DNA from: Candidatus Multivoradales bacterium | GTDB taxonomy: Bacteria; Acidobacteriota; Thermoanaerobaculia; Multivoradales; JAHEKO01 | Direction of reading: 5' to 3' | Assembly: GCA_965223155.1 (NCBI GenBank) | Contig: CBDCVR010000013.1 | Span: 918,659 to 982,658 of the forward strand | Length of the DNA stretch: 64,000 bases | Part shown: positions 26,774 to 35,709 of the stretch, piece by piece | Layout of the letters: every line of letters starts with the position of its first letter | Position numbering within the stretch: position 1 is the first letter of the stretch | Notes under the pieces: model-generated | Databases searched by the model: none | Told to the model about the DNA's origin: nothing | The model's input: only the letters and a program-made list of their open reading frames with translations | Translations under genes and position numbers: made by a program

Positions 26774-28030
26774 TCAGACACCCAGGTGCCGGCGCACCTC
26801 GCGGTCCCGGCCGACCTTCCAGATCTTGGAATCCAGATAGTAGTGCTGCATCGCGAAACCCAGAATCAGCGCCGCCAGAACTCTCTGCCCCAGAGCCAGC
26901 TTGGCCGGATCCCGGATGCCCGCCATCATGCCGAAGGAGTTGAACAGGGCCTCGTCCAGGCCCGCGCCGGCGGCTGCTTCGAACCAGCCCACCAGCGGTC
27001 CCTTGTAAAGCAAGAACCCGAAGAGAAAGCCGATGGCGGCGTAGACGGCGAAGTTCCGAAACAGCGCCTTGGCCCACCGAAACTCGCGGCCCCGCTCGGG
27101 GTACTTGTTGCGCGCGTAGGAATAGACGATCGCGTGGTACTGGATGTTGTGGCCGACGGTCACGATCGGCACGACGAACACCGCCAGCAGCGGGTGGCTG
27201 AAGACCGCCAGGTGCAACGGAACCAGCGGCAGCATGTAGAGGAGCTTCGAGCCGTTGAGCGTCGCCCCCGACCACCATAGGCGGGCCTGGTGGACGAGGT
27301 AGCCCACCAGAACGGCCAGGAAGGCGGCCCAAAGCAGGGGATAGGCGACCGAACCCAAGCTCCAATCTCCCCAGATCGGACTCCGCATGCCCAGGTCGGG
27401 GTTGCCCGGTACGCCCGCGTAGAACGGGCTGGTCACGAACATCGCCAGCGGCAGGTAGAGGATGGCGTTGAAGAACCAGGTGTCCCAGCGGTCCGGCACC
27501 CCCGAGAGCTCGCCGGCCCGCCGCTGGTAGAGACGGAAAAAGCCCCAGTGCTGTCGCACTACGTGGTGATAGGCCCAGAGTCGGAAGAGGACGAAAAAGA
27601 CCACCGCTCCGGCACCCAGTCCGGCGGCCGGCAGCGGCCGGCCGGCGCGCGCGGCCACAACCCCTACCGCGTACGGCGCCAGGATCAGGAGCGGTCCGGC
27701 CAGGAAGAAGCCAAAGGAACGCAGGATCTCGGTCCGGCGAACCCGCCATTCGTCCGGATCGAACAGGGTCCGGGCCAGGGTGGCCCAGACGTGCGGCGCA
27801 TCCAGAATCAGCGCCCAGGACACGACCACCAGAAGCTCCAGGTTGAGCGGAATCGTCCAGGCACCAACCGAAAAAGAGCCGAAGGAGTCCTCGAGCGGAC
27901 TCTCGAAGCGGGCGGCGGCGAACAGAATCACGGCAACGTACGTCCAGCCGGCCGCCACCGACCCAATGTAGAAGAGCAGGTCGCGGGCCGGGGACAGAAT
28001 CCAGACAAACCGGAGACGCTGAGTCGTCAC
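26774..28030 (-). CDS. Polytopic membrane protein with conserved His motifs, function unknown
   Basis: About 10 hydrophobic segments. His clusters AYHHVVRQHWGF, VGHNIQYHAIVYSY, MQHYYLD. Chosen over the overlapping Arg-rich ORF 26742..28061. Confidence 0.65.
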   Translation of the reverse strand: MTTQRLRFVWILSPARDLLFYIGSVAAGWTYVAVILFAAARFESPLEDSFGSFSVGAWTIPLNLELLVVVSWALILDAPHVWATLARTLFDPDEWRVRRTEILRSFGFFLAGPLLILAPYAVGVVAARAGRPLPAAGLGAGAVVFFVLFRLWAYHHVVRQHWGFFRLYQRRAGELSGVPDRWDTWFFNAILYLPLAMFVTSPFYAGVPGNPDLGMRSPIWGDWSLGSVAYPLLWAAFLAVLVGYLVHQARLWWSGATLNGSKLLYMLPLVPLHLAVFSHPLLAVFVVPIVTVGHNIQYHAIVYSYARNKYPERGREFRWAKALFRNFAVYAAIGFLFGFLLYKGPLVGWFEAAAGAGLDEALFNSFGMMAGIRDPAKLALGQRVLAALILGFAMQHYYLDSKIWKVGRDREVRRHLGV

Positions 28031-28182
28031 GCGGCCAGGATAGCAACCGGCGCGCGGGCACGAAACGCGGTCTCTCGAGCCGACCCGTCCTCGGTCCGAA
28101 CGCTTTCGGGATACACTCGCCGGTGCCTCAAACTCCAGTCGTTTGGTCAGCCCGAGAGCACGTCTCGGGGAAAGGAGAAGTG

Positions 28183-28584
28183 ATGAACTGGACCAGGATC
28201 GCCATCGCCGGCCTCGTCGGTGGAATCGTCGCCAACATCGCGGACTTCATCATGCACGGCATGATCATGTCGGACACCTACGTTCGGCTCTCGGACGTGT
28301 TCAGTCAGGAACAAGCGAACCCGCTCTGGTTCCTGGTCATCTCGGTCGTGACGGCCTTCTTCATGGCCAAACTCTTCGCCAAGACCCGCGGCTCCTGGGC
28401 GGCCGGATGGAAGGGCGGCGCCGCCTTCGGTTGCGCCATCGGCCTCATCGCCTTCTGGGCCAGCTTCTACAACCCGCTGGTGATCGACGGCTTCCCCTAC
28501 TACCTGGCCTGGTGCTGGGGCGCGATGAACCTGATCACGCTCACCCTCATGGGAGCGGCGATCGGGGCCGTCTACAAGAGCTAG
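28183..28584 (+). CDS. Small membrane protein (3-4 TM), function unknown
   Basis: ATG 28183 preceded by AAAGGAGAAG. MNWTRIAIAGLVGGIVANIADFIMHGMIM..., hydrophobic throughout. Confidence 0.65.
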   Translation: MNWTRIAIAGLVGGIVANIADFIMHGMIMSDTYVRLSDVFSQEQANPLWFLVISVVTAFFMAKLFAKTRGSWAAGWKGGAAFGCAIGLIAFWASFYNPLVIDGFPYYLAWCWGAMNLITLTLMGAAIGAVYKS

Positions 28585-28601
28585 CCCGCTACCACGGGCG
28601 G

Positions 28602-29645
28602 CTAAGCGTCCGAAGCCGTCGCCGGTTTGGCGACCGCGGCTCGCGCGAAGCGGCGCACGACGTCGCCGGCGGATTCGATGCGCTCGACCCCGGCGACGCT
28701 CTTGCCGGCTTGCCAGTAGTCGCGGCTGCCTCCCTTGTCGAGGGACGCGCGCTTGAGCTGCCATAGCGACTTGAGAGCGTAGATCGTCCGCATCCAGTGC
28801 TTGCGTTTGCGGCCGCGTAGCATCCAGCGGGCGAACGGACCCGCCTTGAGCCCCATGCGCTCGATGTACGGAGTCTTGATCACCGACACCGGCACCCCGG
28901 TGATGCGCTCGCTCAAGACGATGTCGTCGGCTTCGGCCGCCACGATCGCCTCCTTGTAGGGCCGGGCCGACTTGCACTCCTCGGTGGCGATGAAGCGGGT
29001 CCCCATCTGGACCCCGGAGTAGCCGATGGCCAGGGCCTCGACGAACCGTTCCTCGCTACCGACGCCGCCGGCGCAGACCAGCGGCACTCCGAAATCGGCC
29101 AGCTCCTCGAAGAGTTCCTCCGGCGAGCGGTCGCCGGCGTGGCCGCCGGCGCGGTTGTTGACCGCGATCAAGCCATCCACGCCTCCCGCCAGGCCCTTCT
29201 CCGCCCACTTGCGCTCGGTCACGTCGTGGTAGACAACGGCACCGGCCGCATGGGCTTTGTCCACGACCCACTTGGGATTGCCCAGAGAGGTGATGAAGAA
29301 GCGCACGCCTTCTTCCAGCGCCTCGTCCACCCAGCGGTGCATCGTGTCCAGGTACCGCTTCGAGGACTTCTCGATCAGGGCGTTCATGCCGATCGGGCGG
29401 CCGCCCGAGAGCTCCCGCATCAGCCGGATCCCTGCTCGGTACTCGTGCCCATGCACGTAGGTCAGCGAGATCGGCTGGTAGACGCCCAGACCGCCGGCCT
29501 TCGATACCGCCGCCACGAGCTCGGGATTGGAACACGGATACATGGGGCCGCAGATGAGCGGGATCTCCACTCCGGCGTGCCGGGTAAGCGCGGTCTCGAG
29601 CGGACCGGAATCGGCCGACGCCGGCTTGACGCTCGTCTCAGGCAT
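28602..29645 (-). CDS. Nitronate monooxygenase (NMO/2-nitropropane dioxygenase, FabK-like) family FMN enzyme
   Basis: PLICGPMYPCSNPELVAAVSKAGGLG, IAVNNRAGGHAG, PLVCAGGVGS, GYSGVQMGTRFIATEE. Start taken at ATG 29645. Confidence 0.8.
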   Translation of the reverse strand: MPETSVKPASADSGPLETALTRHAGVEIPLICGPMYPCSNPELVAAVSKAGGLGVYQPISLTYVHGHEYRAGIRLMRELSGGRPIGMNALIEKSSKRYLDTMHRWVDEALEEGVRFFITSLGNPKWVVDKAHAAGAVVYHDVTERKWAEKGLAGGVDGLIAVNNRAGGHAGDRSPEELFEELADFGVPLVCAGGVGSEERFVEALAIGYSGVQMGTRFIATEECKSARPYKEAIVAAEADDIVLSERITGVPVSVIKTPYIERMGLKAGPFARWMLRGRKRKHWMRTIYALKSLWQLKRASLDKGGSRDYWQAGKSVAGVERIESAGDVVRRFARAAVAKPATASDA

Positions 29646-30147
29646 CCCGGCCCTCGGGGGCACCGTTCGCCGGCGGGCTCAGGAGCCAGGTCGCGCGCAC
29701 CCGCGCCACCTCGTCGCCCGACCCGTCCCGGATCACCGCCTCTACCTGATGCTCGCGCGGCTCGGTCACCCGGCCCACGTCGCTCGAGCACTCTGCTGTC
29801 AAGAGGCCGCGAGCCTTCTTGGTGTACGTCGTCGAAAGCTCGGTGACGATGCCCCGGACGCCTTTGGGCAGCGCGGTCAGGGTCGCCAGCCCGCTTGTCA
29901 CTTCCCCGAAATTGGCGAGCGCCACCGCGTGTACCGAACGCAGGTGGTTGCGGATCTTGCCCCGGTCGCGCAGCTCGGCCCGCACGAAGCCGGGCTCGAG
30001 CTCGACGATGCGCGCGCCAATGGTTCCGGTGTAGGGAGCGGTCCGGCCAACCAAGTAGCTGAACCAGCGCTTGCCCCCGGGCAAACCGTTGAGGCGCCGC
30101 CAAAGACCCAGGAGACGCCCGCCTGGAGATGCGTTGTCGTCCGACAT
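29638..30147 (-). CDS. Hotdog-fold thioesterase-like protein (PaaI/DUF4442-like)
   Basis: Trimmed to ATG 30147 (MSDDNASPGG). GARIVELEPGFVRAELRDRGKIRNHLRSVHAVALANFGEVTSG. Confidence 0.6.
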   Translation of the reverse strand: MSDDNASPGGRLLGLWRRLNGLPGGKRWFSYLVGRTAPYTGTIGARIVELEPGFVRAELRDRGKIRNHLRSVHAVALANFGEVTSGLATLTALPKGVRGIVTELSTTYTKKARGLLTAECSSDVGRVTEPREHQVEAVIRDGSGDEVARVRATWLLSPPANGAPEGRDA

Positions 30148-30308
30148 CGGCGCATCGTACGCCAACGTCCGAGTTTCCCGAAGCGTCGCAGTCGGACCGC
30201 GCCCGGCCCATCTGGCCCATTCGGCCATGGGTCGGTCTCGAACTTGCGCTATCCTGGCACCGACGAGCGAGCGAGAACGGGTCGCCGGTGACCGGCAAGG
30301 AGGCGTCC

Positions 30309-31844
30309 ATGAGACCCCTAGGAGATTCGACCCCGAGCTTTGCAGGAGGGCTTCGCCTTGCCGCCGGAGCCGATTGGCCGCGGCGGATGGCCGCCGCAAG
30401 ACCGCTGCCCAAGCGGCTGGTGCGGCGGCGGCGTGAGTCGATCCGGCGAGCGGCGCGGGCGGTTCAAAAGGCCGTCAAGCCGGCGTCCAACCGGGCCACA
30501 CCCGAACAGAAGCTGGTGCAACGAGCGACCATGGGCATGACTCCGGTCGAGATGGCCGAAGTAGCCGAGCTCGGGTACAAGGGTTTCCTGGAGCGGCAGC
30601 TCCGTCCCGACGCGATCGACGACGGCGGATTCGAGGACGCACTCAACAGCGAGTTCCGGAGTCTCGAGATGACTCCGTTCGAGCTCAACCAGAGCTATGG
30701 CGACGATCCCGTTCAGCCGATCATCGAGCTCATCGTCGCCACCGTCCTGCGGCTGGCGTACAGCCCGCGTCAGCTCTTCGAACGAACGGTAATGTTCTGG
30801 TCGGACCATTTTTCGATCGACGTCCTGGCCGGGCATGGGTACGTGTTGAAGCCCGCGGATCACCGGGAGGTCGCCCGCGCCCACGCCTTCGGCAAGTTTC
30901 GCGACTTGGTGTCGGCCAGCGCCCACAGTCCCAACATGCTGGAATACTTGACCAACGACACCAACGTCCGCGGCCACCCGAACGAGAACTACGCCCGTGA
31001 GCTGATGGAGCTGCACACCATGGGCGTGAACGGCGGCTATTCCCAAGAGGACGTTCGCGAAGTGGCGCGCTGCTTCACCGGCTGGACTCTGTACAACGTC
31101 TACGACGAGAACCGCAACATGGGCAAGTTCCGGTTCGACCCCTTCCAGCACGACGAGAAGCGCAAGCGCGTCCTGGGCCGGGCCATCCCCGGCGGGCAGG
31201 GCGAGGAGGACGGCGAGGAGGTCCTTGATCTCCTGGTCGCCCACCGCAGCACGGCCCGCTTCCTCGCCACCAAGCTGCTGCGCTTCTTTCACGGCTACGA
31301 GCCGCGCCGCCAGCACGTCAACCGGGTGGCCGCCAAGTTCACCCGCACCCGCGGCAACCTGCGCGCCACCTTGCGGACGGTTCTGTCGAAGAAGCTCATG
31401 CGCAAAGCGACCCCCAAGATCAAGCGTCCGCAACATCTCGCGGTCTCGGCCCTGCGCGGTCTCGGAGCCGAGGTGGTGAGTCCGCGCTTCTTGTTCGAGC
31501 AGCTCGAGCTGGCGGGGCACTTGCCCTACGCCTGGACGCCGCCGGACGGGTATCCGGACAGCGCCGAGTACTGGTCCGGCTACGTTCTACCGCGCTGGAA
31601 CTTCGCCTCCAGCCTTCCCTTCCCGGACACCTCGGATGTGCGACTGGCGGCGGAGTTTCAAGATACTTCGAAGAGTCCGCGGCAGCTCGTCAAGCTACTG
31701 GACGAGCGCCTGATGGGCGGGGGCATGTCGAAGCAAACCCGGATCGGACTCGAGGAGTTCCTGAGTGCCGGACCGCTGACGACGAAGCGGCTGCGCGAAG
31801 CCGTCGGCATCGCGGTGGCCTCCCCCGAGTTTCAGGTCTACTGA
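30309..31844 (+). CDS. DUF1800 domain-containing protein
   Basis: ATG 30309 after AAGGAGG. MFWSDHFS, HSPNMLEYLTNDTN, ENYARELMELHTMGVNGGYSQEDV, CFTGWT. Confidence 0.8.
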   Translation: MRPLGDSTPSFAGGLRLAAGADWPRRMAAARPLPKRLVRRRRESIRRAARAVQKAVKPASNRATPEQKLVQRATMGMTPVEMAEVAELGYKGFLERQLRPDAIDDGGFEDALNSEFRSLEMTPFELNQSYGDDPVQPIIELIVATVLRLAYSPRQLFERTVMFWSDHFSIDVLAGHGYVLKPADHREVARAHAFGKFRDLVSASAHSPNMLEYLTNDTNVRGHPNENYARELMELHTMGVNGGYSQEDVREVARCFTGWTLYNVYDENRNMGKFRFDPFQHDEKRKRVLGRAIPGGQGEEDGEEVLDLLVAHRSTARFLATKLLRFFHGYEPRRQHVNRVAAKFTRTRGNLRATLRTVLSKKLMRKATPKIKRPQHLAVSALRGLGAEVVSPRFLFEQLELAGHLPYAWTPPDGYPDSAEYWSGYVLPRWNFASSLPFPDTSDVRLAAEFQDTSKSPRQLVKLLDERLMGGGMSKQTRIGLEEFLSAGPLTTKRLREAVGIAVASPEFQVY

Positions 31845-31868
31845 CGAACGGCACCCTGGAGGACCGCC

Positions 31869-33161
31869 ATGACCGATACCAAATGCAAGGGTTGCGAGGA
31901 ATACACCCGTCTCTCCCGGCGTCGCTTTGTCGGCTTGTCGGCCGGTGTCGTGGCCGCGGCCGCGACACCGTCCTGGCTGCCTCGAGTCGCCTACGCCCAA
32001 AGCGAGAACTCGGCGCGCGACGTGATGGTGATGATCTTCCTGCGCGGCGGCGTGGATTCCCTCTCCATGGTGGTGCCGCACACCGAGAACGCCTACTACG
32101 ACCTGCGTCCGACCCTGGCGGTACCGCGTCCGGACTCGTCGGCCAACCGGCGCGCGGTGGATCTGGACGGGACCTTCGGCTTCTCCGAGCCCATGACGCC
32201 GCTCCGGTCGGCCTTCAACAGCGGCGAGCTCTTGATCGTTCACGCTTGCGGCCTGCCCGGTTCGAACCGGTCGCACTTCGACGCCATGCACTTCATGGAG
32301 GTGGGCGAAGCCTCTCCGCCACCGTCCCGGTTCACCGGCTGGCTGGGGCGGCACCTGATGACCACGGCACCGAGCCTCAAGAACGGCGTGCTGCGCGCCG
32401 TCGGCATCGGCTACGGGCTCCAGCGCACCCTGGTGGGCGCGCCCAAGGCGCTACCCATCTTCGATCTCGCCGAGTTCGGCTTCACCGGTGGCGGCGCGAC
32501 CAAGAAAGAGCGCATCGCGGTCCTGGAAGAGATCTATGCCTACGCTTCCGAGCCGCTGGCGACCTCAGCCGGCGACACCTTTCGCACCGTCGACACCTTG
32601 AAGCGCATCCGCTTCGAGAGCTACAAGCCCAAGGGCGGCGCCCGCTACCCCGACAGCTCGTTCGGGTACGCCCTACGGTCGACCGCTGCCCTGATCAAGG
32701 CGAACATCGGGGTCGAGGCGGTGGCCATCGATCTCGACGGCTGGGACACCCACGACACCCAAGGCAACCTCAACGGCTGGATGATGTATCTGATGCAGGA
32801 CCTGGCCGAAGGGCTCGCCGCCTTCCGCAAGGACATCAAGGCGTCGAACCGCAAGGATGTCGTCACCGTCGCCGTCTCCGAGTTCGGCCGTAACGTCTTC
32901 GAGAACGGCAGCCGCGGCACCGACCACGGCTACGGCGGGCTGATGCTTGCCATGGGCGACTCGATCAACGGTGGTCAGGTACTGACCAAGTGGCCGGGAC
33001 TCAACAAGAACCAGCTCTACGAAGACCAGGATCTCAAGATCACGATCGACTACCGGGACATCCTGGCCGAGATCCTGTCCCGGCGCATGGGCAACTCGAA
33101 CGTGCGCGCCGTCTTCAACGATTCGAGCTTCACGCCGCAGACCCACGGCGCAGTCCTCTAG
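31869..33161 (+). CDS. DUF1501 domain-containing protein (sulfatase-like fold) with a Tat signal
   Basis: Twin-arginine leader LSRRRFVGLSAGVVAAAATP. IFLRGGVDSLSMVVP, SEFGRNVFENGSRGTDHGYGG. Classical partner of DUF1800. Confidence 0.8.
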   Translation: MTDTKCKGCEEYTRLSRRRFVGLSAGVVAAAATPSWLPRVAYAQSENSARDVMVMIFLRGGVDSLSMVVPHTENAYYDLRPTLAVPRPDSSANRRAVDLDGTFGFSEPMTPLRSAFNSGELLIVHACGLPGSNRSHFDAMHFMEVGEASPPPSRFTGWLGRHLMTTAPSLKNGVLRAVGIGYGLQRTLVGAPKALPIFDLAEFGFTGGGATKKERIAVLEEIYAYASEPLATSAGDTFRTVDTLKRIRFESYKPKGGARYPDSSFGYALRSTAALIKANIGVEAVAIDLDGWDTHDTQGNLNGWMMYLMQDLAEGLAAFRKDIKASNRKDVVTVAVSEFGRNVFENGSRGTDHGYGGLMLAMGDSINGGQVLTKWPGLNKNQLYEDQDLKITIDYRDILAEILSRRMGNSNVRAVFNDSSFTPQTHGAVL

Positions 33162-33179
33162 GGACTCGGCCGCGGCCGA

Positions 33180-33590
33180 CTAGTTCGCCGGCAGCGTCGA
33201 GATCGAAATCAAGAAGCCGTCGGGGTCCTGGATCGCGAAATCCCGCGCCCCCCAGGGTTGATTCGTCGGCTCGGCGGCGAGCTCGCCACCGGCGGCTTTG
33301 ATCCTCTCGGCAAGTTCGTCCACGTCCTGCCCGGTGGTGCAGTAGAGGCGCATGCCGACACCCTTGACGCGGTCGCGACCCTTCTTGAAATCGTCCTGGC
33401 CGAGGAGGATGTCGACCGCTCCGGCGCGCAGGCTCGCGCCTACGACCTGGCCATCCATCTCGTGCTCCTCGACCACGATGAAGCCCAGCACGTCCCGGTA
33501 CCAGGCCACGCTCTTGGCCAAATCGTTGACCGTCATCGCGGGCATCGCTTGTTTCAAACGTAGAGTCTCGGGCTGCTCTCGCTCTTGCAT
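33180..33590 (-). CDS. VOC (glyoxalase/bleomycin-resistance) family protein
   Basis: Trimmed to ATG 33590. VNDLAKSVAWYRDVLGF, PWGARDFAIQDPDGFLISI. Confidence 0.75.
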   Translation of the reverse strand: MQEREQPETLRLKQAMPAMTVNDLAKSVAWYRDVLGFIVVEEHEMDGQVVGASLRAGAVDILLGQDDFKKGRDRVKGVGMRLYCTTGQDVDELAERIKAAGGELAAEPTNQPWGARDFAIQDPDGFLISISTLPAN

Positions 33591-33718
33591 GCTGTGTCTC
33601 CTTGGCGTGGCGCCGGGCGGCCAGACGTCGCGATCGCCGCCCGCGTCGGCCAACAATACACCGGTTTGACAGGCCCACGACCCAAGCTTAGGCTCGCCGC
33701 AAGAACGGAGGGACCCCG

Positions 33719-34423
33719 ATGAACCACTTGACTCGAACCGGCGCCACCGGGATCGCGGCGCTGTTGCTCACTGTGATCGCCTGTACGCCGCGCTCCACCC
33801 ACCAAGCCGTGGTCGCTCAACTCGAGACCTGCGCCACGGATCTGGATTCGGCGCGGATCGAGGCCACCGAGTGGAAGAACCGGTTCGATACCTGGGAGAG
33901 CCAGCTCAGCCAGCGTCTCGCCGCCCAGGAAACGGCCACCGCCACCAGCATGGACACCATCCAGATGAAGTTCCAGGAGCTGCGGGCAGCCGTTCCTCAA
34001 ACCATCCAGACCGAGATCGGAGGCCACATCAACGAGCTCGAGCGCCTCCTGGTCACCGGAATCAGCGACCTGACCGAGGGCAACCAAGCACTCCAGGGCC
34101 AGCTCGACGAGACCCGGACGCTCTTGGAAGACGCCCGGCGGGACGTGCGCGAGGGCAACGAGATGGCCCGCGCCGGAATCGAAGAACGCCGTCAGCTGCG
34201 CAGCCAGATCTCGGATCTGACCGGCGAGTACGCCGCGCTGGTCGAGCGCATCCACGAGTTCGACCGTACCCGGCTCCAGTGCAAGAAGTGCCCGGAGTAC
34301 CTGGACTTGAGAAGCAAGAAGGCGGCCGACATCGCCGGTTTCCACGACGACGTCGTGGAGACCCTTTACAAGCTCCAGGCCGAGTTGGTGGGCCGGGAGC
34401 CCACCGAGGAAGCCGGCAGGTAG
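33719..34423 (+). CDS. Coiled-coil lipoprotein, function unknown
   Basis: Lipobox LLLTVIAC followed by a heptad-rich, Gln/Glu/Leu-rich sequence. Confidence 0.6.
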   Translation: MNHLTRTGATGIAALLLTVIACTPRSTHQAVVAQLETCATDLDSARIEATEWKNRFDTWESQLSQRLAAQETATATSMDTIQMKFQELRAAVPQTIQTEIGGHINELERLLVTGISDLTEGNQALQGQLDETRTLLEDARRDVREGNEMARAGIEERRQLRSQISDLTGEYAALVERIHEFDRTRLQCKKCPEYLDLRSKKAADIAGFHDDVVETLYKLQAELVGREPTEEAGR

Positions 34424-34450
34424 TCGGCAGCGCCCGCATCCACGCGATTC

Positions 34451-35620
34451 TTGGACCCGATCACCCATACTCTCGCCGGCGCCGCGCTACGGCAGGCGGG
34501 CGTGGGCAGGGATGCCCGCATGGGCGCGGCCGCCGTTCTGATCGGCGCCAATCTTCCCGACGTCGACATCGTCGGACTTCTCGGAGGGCCGAGCTTCGCC
34601 CTGGACTTCCGCCGCAGTTTGACCCACGGCATCCTGGCGATGGTCCTGCTGCCTGGACTCCTGGTCGGCGCGCTCGTCCTCTGGGACCGGTGGGACCGGT
34701 CTCGCGCCGAGCGCAGGGCCGCGAGCCCGCCAGCGCGGGCGAGCGCCCTCATCCTGCCCAGTTTCCTGGCGGTCTGGTCCCATCCACTCCTCGACTGGCT
34801 CAACACCTCCGGAGTCCGGCTGCTGGCTCCCTTTTCGGACCGATGGTTCTACGGCGACGCGCTCTTCATCATCGACGCCTGGGTCTGGCTAGGCCTGGGA
34901 GCCGTAGTCGCCCTCGCATGGCCGACCAGCCGGCGCGCCCGCGTTGCCGGCTTGCTGCTCGCCGCGGCAATGGCCCTGGTCGTCCTCGCGCCACCGATTC
35001 CGTCCGAGACCGTCGCCCGAGCCTCCGGCCTGCGCCTCCTCTGGGCGCTGGTCTTGGCCGCACTCGCCGCGTGGCTCGGACTTCGATCGCGGCGAGCCGA
35101 GCTCCCCGGTCCGGGCCGGTTTTCCGCGCGGCTCGTTCTCATCGGCTTCGCGGTCTACGTCGCGTTCGCCATCGTCGCGTCCAAGCTGGCCGTGGGAGCG
35201 GCGCAACAATCGCTGGCCGCCAACGGAGAAACGCCAGCCGGAGACGTGATGGCCTCGCCGGTACCTCTCGATCCCAGCCTGCGCCGGGTCCTGGCGACCA
35301 CCGAAAACGGGTATCGAGTCGGCCTCTGGCGAATGCGCCTCCAACCGGATCGGACGCGGACCGCAATCTCCTGGCAGCCGGAGCTCGTCCCCTTCCCGGC
35401 CGACGAACCCGCAGTCCGCCGAGCTCGCACCTCGGAGGGCTCGCGGGGTTGGTCGCGGTGGGTCCGCTTTCCAGTGGCGCGCCGCCAGGTCCTCGAGGGC
35501 CGGGAGATGATCCACCTCGGGGACTTGCGCTACCTCGACTTCGTCGGACTCCGGGAGATGGAGCGGAGCTACGGCTCGGTTCTGGTTCCGGCCGAGCCGG
35601 TCAAGCCGGCCGATCCCTAA
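34451..35620 (+). CDS. Membrane-bound metal-dependent hydrolase (YdjM/DUF457-like) with a C-terminal extension
   Basis: TTG start. MDPITHTLAGAAL, NLPDVDIV, SLTHGIL, SHPLLDWLN, TM helices, then a soluble tail of about 180 aa. Confidence 0.65.
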   Translation: MDPITHTLAGAALRQAGVGRDARMGAAAVLIGANLPDVDIVGLLGGPSFALDFRRSLTHGILAMVLLPGLLVGALVLWDRWDRSRAERRAASPPARASALILPSFLAVWSHPLLDWLNTSGVRLLAPFSDRWFYGDALFIIDAWVWLGLGAVVALAWPTSRRARVAGLLLAAAMALVVLAPPIPSETVARASGLRLLWALVLAALAAWLGLRSRRAELPGPGRFSARLVLIGFAVYVAFAIVASKLAVGAAQQSLAANGETPAGDVMASPVPLDPSLRRVLATTENGYRVGLWRMRLQPDRTRTAISWQPELVPFPADEPAVRRARTSEGSRGWSRWVRFPVARRQVLEGREMIHLGDLRYLDFVGLREMERSYGSVLVPAEPVKPADP

Positions 35621-35657
35621 CGGACTCTTACCGCAGCCGGTCCGGCGAAACGGCTCC

Positions 35658-35690
35658 AAAAAAAGAGGGGGCCCAAGGCCCCCTCTTGGT
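35658..35690. terminator. Rho-independent terminator hairpin between convergent genes
   Basis: Perfect 10-bp stem AGAGGGGGCC/GGCCCCCTCT (35664-35673 and 35677-35686) with a 3-nt loop. An A-run lies on the plus side, giving a U-run after the hairpin on the minus-strand transcript, that is, downstream of the S8 protease gene. Confidence 0.75.
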
Positions 35691-35709
35691 GCGAATCGAG
35701 GAACCGACT

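Noticed and set aside
26742-28061. 439-aa minus-strand ORF
   Set aside because: It lies on the same strand as the hydrophobic 26774..28030 ORF but in a different frame. It is Arg/Gly/Pro-rich, and the membrane-protein frame is far more protein-like.
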